DNA of 64,000 bases. Origin: Octopus vulgaris. Its lineage: Eukaryota. Location of the stretch: the NCBI GenBank assembly GCA_951406725.2, contig OX597835.1, forward strand, positions 3,596,001 through 3,660,000. Direction: 5' to 3'. Both the position numbers and the translations under genes were made by a program. The notes below the pieces were generated by a model. That model ran no database searches and was not told the DNA's origin. It saw nothing but the letters and a program-made list of their open reading frames with translations. This document shows positions 59,996 through 64,000 of this stretch, piece by piece; the stretch's first letter is position 1; every line of letters begins with the position of its first letter.

Positions 59996-60055
59996 CGTGT
60001 GTTTGTGTGTGTGCTCGCGTTTGTGAATATGTAGACATGTATGTATGTACGTCTG

Positions 60056-60120
<65 letters not shown>

Positions 60121-60172
60121 TTGTAAATTTATAAATGTTTGTATGTAACGTATAAACCTGCGGGTTGTATAC

Positions 60173-60270
60173 GTCGATAAATTAAGTACCAGTTGCGTAC
60201 TGGAGTCGATCTAATCGACTGGCCCCTCCTCCCCACCCAAAATTTCGGGCCTTGTGCCTAGAGTAGAAAA
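60173..60270 (+). mobile_element. SINE family A 3' half (tail type 2)
   Basis: gtcgataaattaagtaccagttgcgtactggagtcgat...cccaaaatttcgggccttgtgcctagagtagaaaa. Confidence 0.75.
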
Positions 60271-60295
60271 GTTTATATATATACATATATATATA

Positions 60296-60456
60296 CAAGG
60301 TGTCCAGAAAGTTTCACGTGATTTTTATTTTATTGTACATTGTTTCATTGTTTCATTCATAGTTATTATTCATCATTTTGCTATACAATAAAATTAATTG
60401 AAAAACCTACAATAGTTTTCAAAATAAGGATCGGGCGAAACTTTTCGGACACCCTG
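60296..60456. mobile_element. Tc1/mariner-type MITE
   Basis: ~22-bp TIRs caaggtgtccagaaagtttcac / gcgaaacttttcggacaccctg with TA TSD. Confidence 0.8.
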
Positions 60457-60587
60457 TATATACATACTTACAAACATACATACATACATACATACATACA
60501 TACATACATACCAGATTCGATCACAGCACCAGTAACAGTTAAGCTTCGTGCAATGGCCATACTCGATAACGAGGGGGTACAGCCATA

Positions 60588-60706
<119 letters not shown>

Positions 60707-61259
60707 TGAATAGACAGACAGAGAGTCAAATATGGCGAAGCACTAACATTGGCAATGACATTTTTATTGCTTTGTATAACAGTGGTAATATTGATATGGT
60801 GGTGGTGCTGCTGCTACTACTACAACTGACGGAAGGTATTCTTGATATAGTTGTTGCTGTTTAGCTCCATGTTAGCCCTGATGGGACAGAGATAACAGAC
60901 TTTCCATCTTTGACCAACCCATCTGTTTCAGGAGACTCTATACATTTTTCTCAAAATGGCTGACAAAAGTCAAGAGAATTCTTCCCAAATTCAAGACCCC
61001 TCTTTTTCTGCCTATATTACGTTATTTAGTGTGTCGTTTCTTATTTCTTTTAGCAGTATTTAATTTGATGGACATTTGGCTGTTATTTCTAGCATATCGA
61101 GGTAGGTGATGTTGGTGGTAGGTTTTTACCGGTTATTGGTGTTTTATTAGCAGTGATGATTGATGGTTGTTGATTGACGATGAGTGGTGAAGCATGGTAG
61201 TGATGACGATGATGATGATGAGAAGGAGGAGGAGGAGGTTGACGATGATGATAATTACT

Positions 61260-61600
61260 GTGTAGGTGTGATGTTTCTATGAGAAGAGTGTGTCGGTCAC
61301 GAGTGTCTAAATACGTATCGGATGTCTGAGCGTCGTTCCACAGGTGTGGCGAACTGGCTGCAATAACCTGTGGTCAATTAACAAAACGTGAGAAGTGAAG
61401 CAACAATGGTCAACAATGGCGAGCTTATTGTCCAGTGTTGGTCAGTTGTTTCTAAACGAACAATTAAACGGAAACAAGACGCAGAAATCCCTGTCAAAAT
61501 CCCTTGTTTACCTTTTTTATTTTGTTTCCGTTTTTCTTTTGAAAGATTTTACATCCGAGCAGTTTAGATCCCTCTTTAATCTCTAAAGAAATATTTGACT
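61260..61600. promoter_or_regulatory. Candidate intronic enhancer island
   Basis: AGGTGTGA (61264), AGGTGTGG (61342) and tandem CAACAATGG (61401, 61411). Confidence 0.3.
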
Positions 61601-61654
61601 TCTTGATTTACACGCGCGCACGCACCCACACATATCCGCTATACAAAACCCATG

Positions 61655-61697
<43 letters not shown>

Positions 61698-61760
61698 ATA
61701 TATATAATATATGTATATATATATATATATATATATAAATATATTATATATATATATATG

Positions 61761-61846
<86 letters not shown>

Positions 61847-62062
61847 TCAAATGTCAACATAACTGTATGCACAATATACAACATACATACAAAAACGCGC
61901 GCGTGCATACACCCAGAGAACGCACACACACACACACATATATGATATAATTTTCACATGTACTCATATACACTCACTCGTATACAGATTTCTATGAAAA
62001 CCACATCGTCACATTTGCTAACGAATCTCAAACATATACACAATCTTACACATGTGTACATG

Positions 62063-62101
<39 letters not shown>

Positions 62102-63316
62102 ACATACACACACACATGCAGAGATATAAAATACAAAATACAAACACCCGCGCAAGTATACCCTTCAACAAACACAGACATCAACAGGCACTACAAAAAT
62201 TATATCATTATTATTTTTGCTGTTGTTGTTGTCGTTGGTGGTGGAGTGTTGGTGGTGGTGTGGTGGTGGTGGCTGTTGGTGTGGTTGTTGTTGATGTTGT
62301 TGTTGGTGGTGGTGGTGATGGTGATTTAGAATGATTCTGATTAGGGAATTGTTCCCTGCCCCAATCGATGAGAAAGAAGCCAATGAATCAATAGACTGAG
62401 AGATGAGCCCTTTCTCCCCTTTCCATTATCTATACATACCTAGCCGAAGCAATTGATGTAAGCTGTAGTGAAATGTCTTGCAGCTGAAACGGTGCAAGCT
62501 CTCTACAAAGCATCGATCTTCACTCTGTGCATTCATTTGGACAATTTCTATCATTGTTCTTCTCATTCTAAAATCTCTTATCTAATAGGACTGTGTGCAT
62601 GCGCGCGCGTGTGGCTGAGTACACCCCATATATCTCTGTAGCATGTAAACCCTCCTAAACACTTCATATTCTTTCCTTCCGTTGTTGTTTAATAAACTTG
62701 TTATAATATATATATTGACTCCTTCGTCGCTATCTAACCAGCGAGATTTGGCTTCTGCTTCAATCCGGCCCACAAAGGTAAACGAGTCTGACACCTCTGC
62801 TAGATATACACCGACACACATACATGCACACACAGAGATGGCTGTGTATCACGATGTAGGGAAAGATAAACTCGCTAAGCTCTAAAGCAAATCAATTTTG
62901 GTCGACGAAAAAATTTTGCTTCATGAAAAAAAAAAAAACCAACAAAAGACAAAAAAAAACAACTAAAGACAAAACAATAAAAACAGAAGAAGCGACAACA
63001 ACGTGTGTGAGAAGATTTCAACATGACTTGATAGCAAGTTGACATGAAGCTTGTTGGAGACATTTAAATATACATCAGTGTATATAAACGTATTTAGTTT
63101 GTCTTTTTATTGTTTTGTGTGAGAGAAAGATGTACCGAGCTACACACAGCGGCATATGGCTGACAAAGTCATGTTTTATAGTTCTGATAACATCAGACTT
63201 ACGGTCAGAAGTTCTTGTTAATGCCTCGGCTAGAAAACCAAAACATAAAAGTAAATAAAAGAGAGAAAATGGGAGGATTCAAGGGGGCAGTTACACACAC
63301 ATATATATATATATAT

Positions 63317-63466
<150 letters not shown>

Positions 63467-63697
63467 ATATGTGTGTGTGTGTGTATATATGTATATATAT
63501 ATATATATATATCTGTGTGTGTGTATGTATATAAACATATATACACACATATATCTGATGTGTTAAGGGTTAAGGGTAAAGACCCCAGGAAGATGGAGTT
63601 TTCTTCATTCGTCAGATAGTATCACTGATAGGTCTCACATACACGCCGGCGTGCACACACACACACATACACACACACATACATATACACACACACA

Positions 63698-63766
<69 letters not shown>

Positions 63767-63891
63767 GTACAAACATATACGTAGTGCGCGTGTAATGAAC
63801 AAACGAAAGAAAGTGTCATTCGGCGCATTTAGTTAGAGTTGTAAGTGTTTAATAGCAGTTTGATTTAACTCGTGTAAATTATATATATATA

Positions 63892-63966
<75 letters not shown>

Positions 63967-64000
63967 GTGTGTGTGCGTGTCACACACACACACATACATA

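Overview
Eukaryotic, AT-rich DNA packed with microsatellites ((TA)n, (TG)n, (TATG)n, (TATC)n, (ATT)n, (GA)n) and short interspersed repeats. The repeat landscape suggests an octopod cephalopod genome (inference). Almost every ORF in the track is a microsatellite translation. The only convincing host coding sequence is a first coding exon at 45738-46215 (+). It carries a TN/eh1 motif (STPFSVKDILNW-EQQ) matching NK4/tinman/Nkx2.3-2.5 homeobox proteins, a poly-Gly tract and a perfect GTAAGT donor; no homeobox exon was found in the remaining ~17.8 kb. The rest is decayed mobile DNA: two mariner relics, three R4/Dong-like RLE non-LTR fragments, a CR1-like LINE fragment, non-autonomous Helitrons, Tc1/mariner MITEs, several tRNA-derived SINE families, probable solo LTRs, and Penelope-like relics with hammerhead-ribozyme-like cores and fold-back palindromes. 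A few repeat-free islands around the exon are candidate cis-regulatory elements. No clearly novel system is demonstrated. The best leads are the hammerhead/fold-back family and the modular SINEs. All alignments were done by eye and repeat boundaries are approximate.
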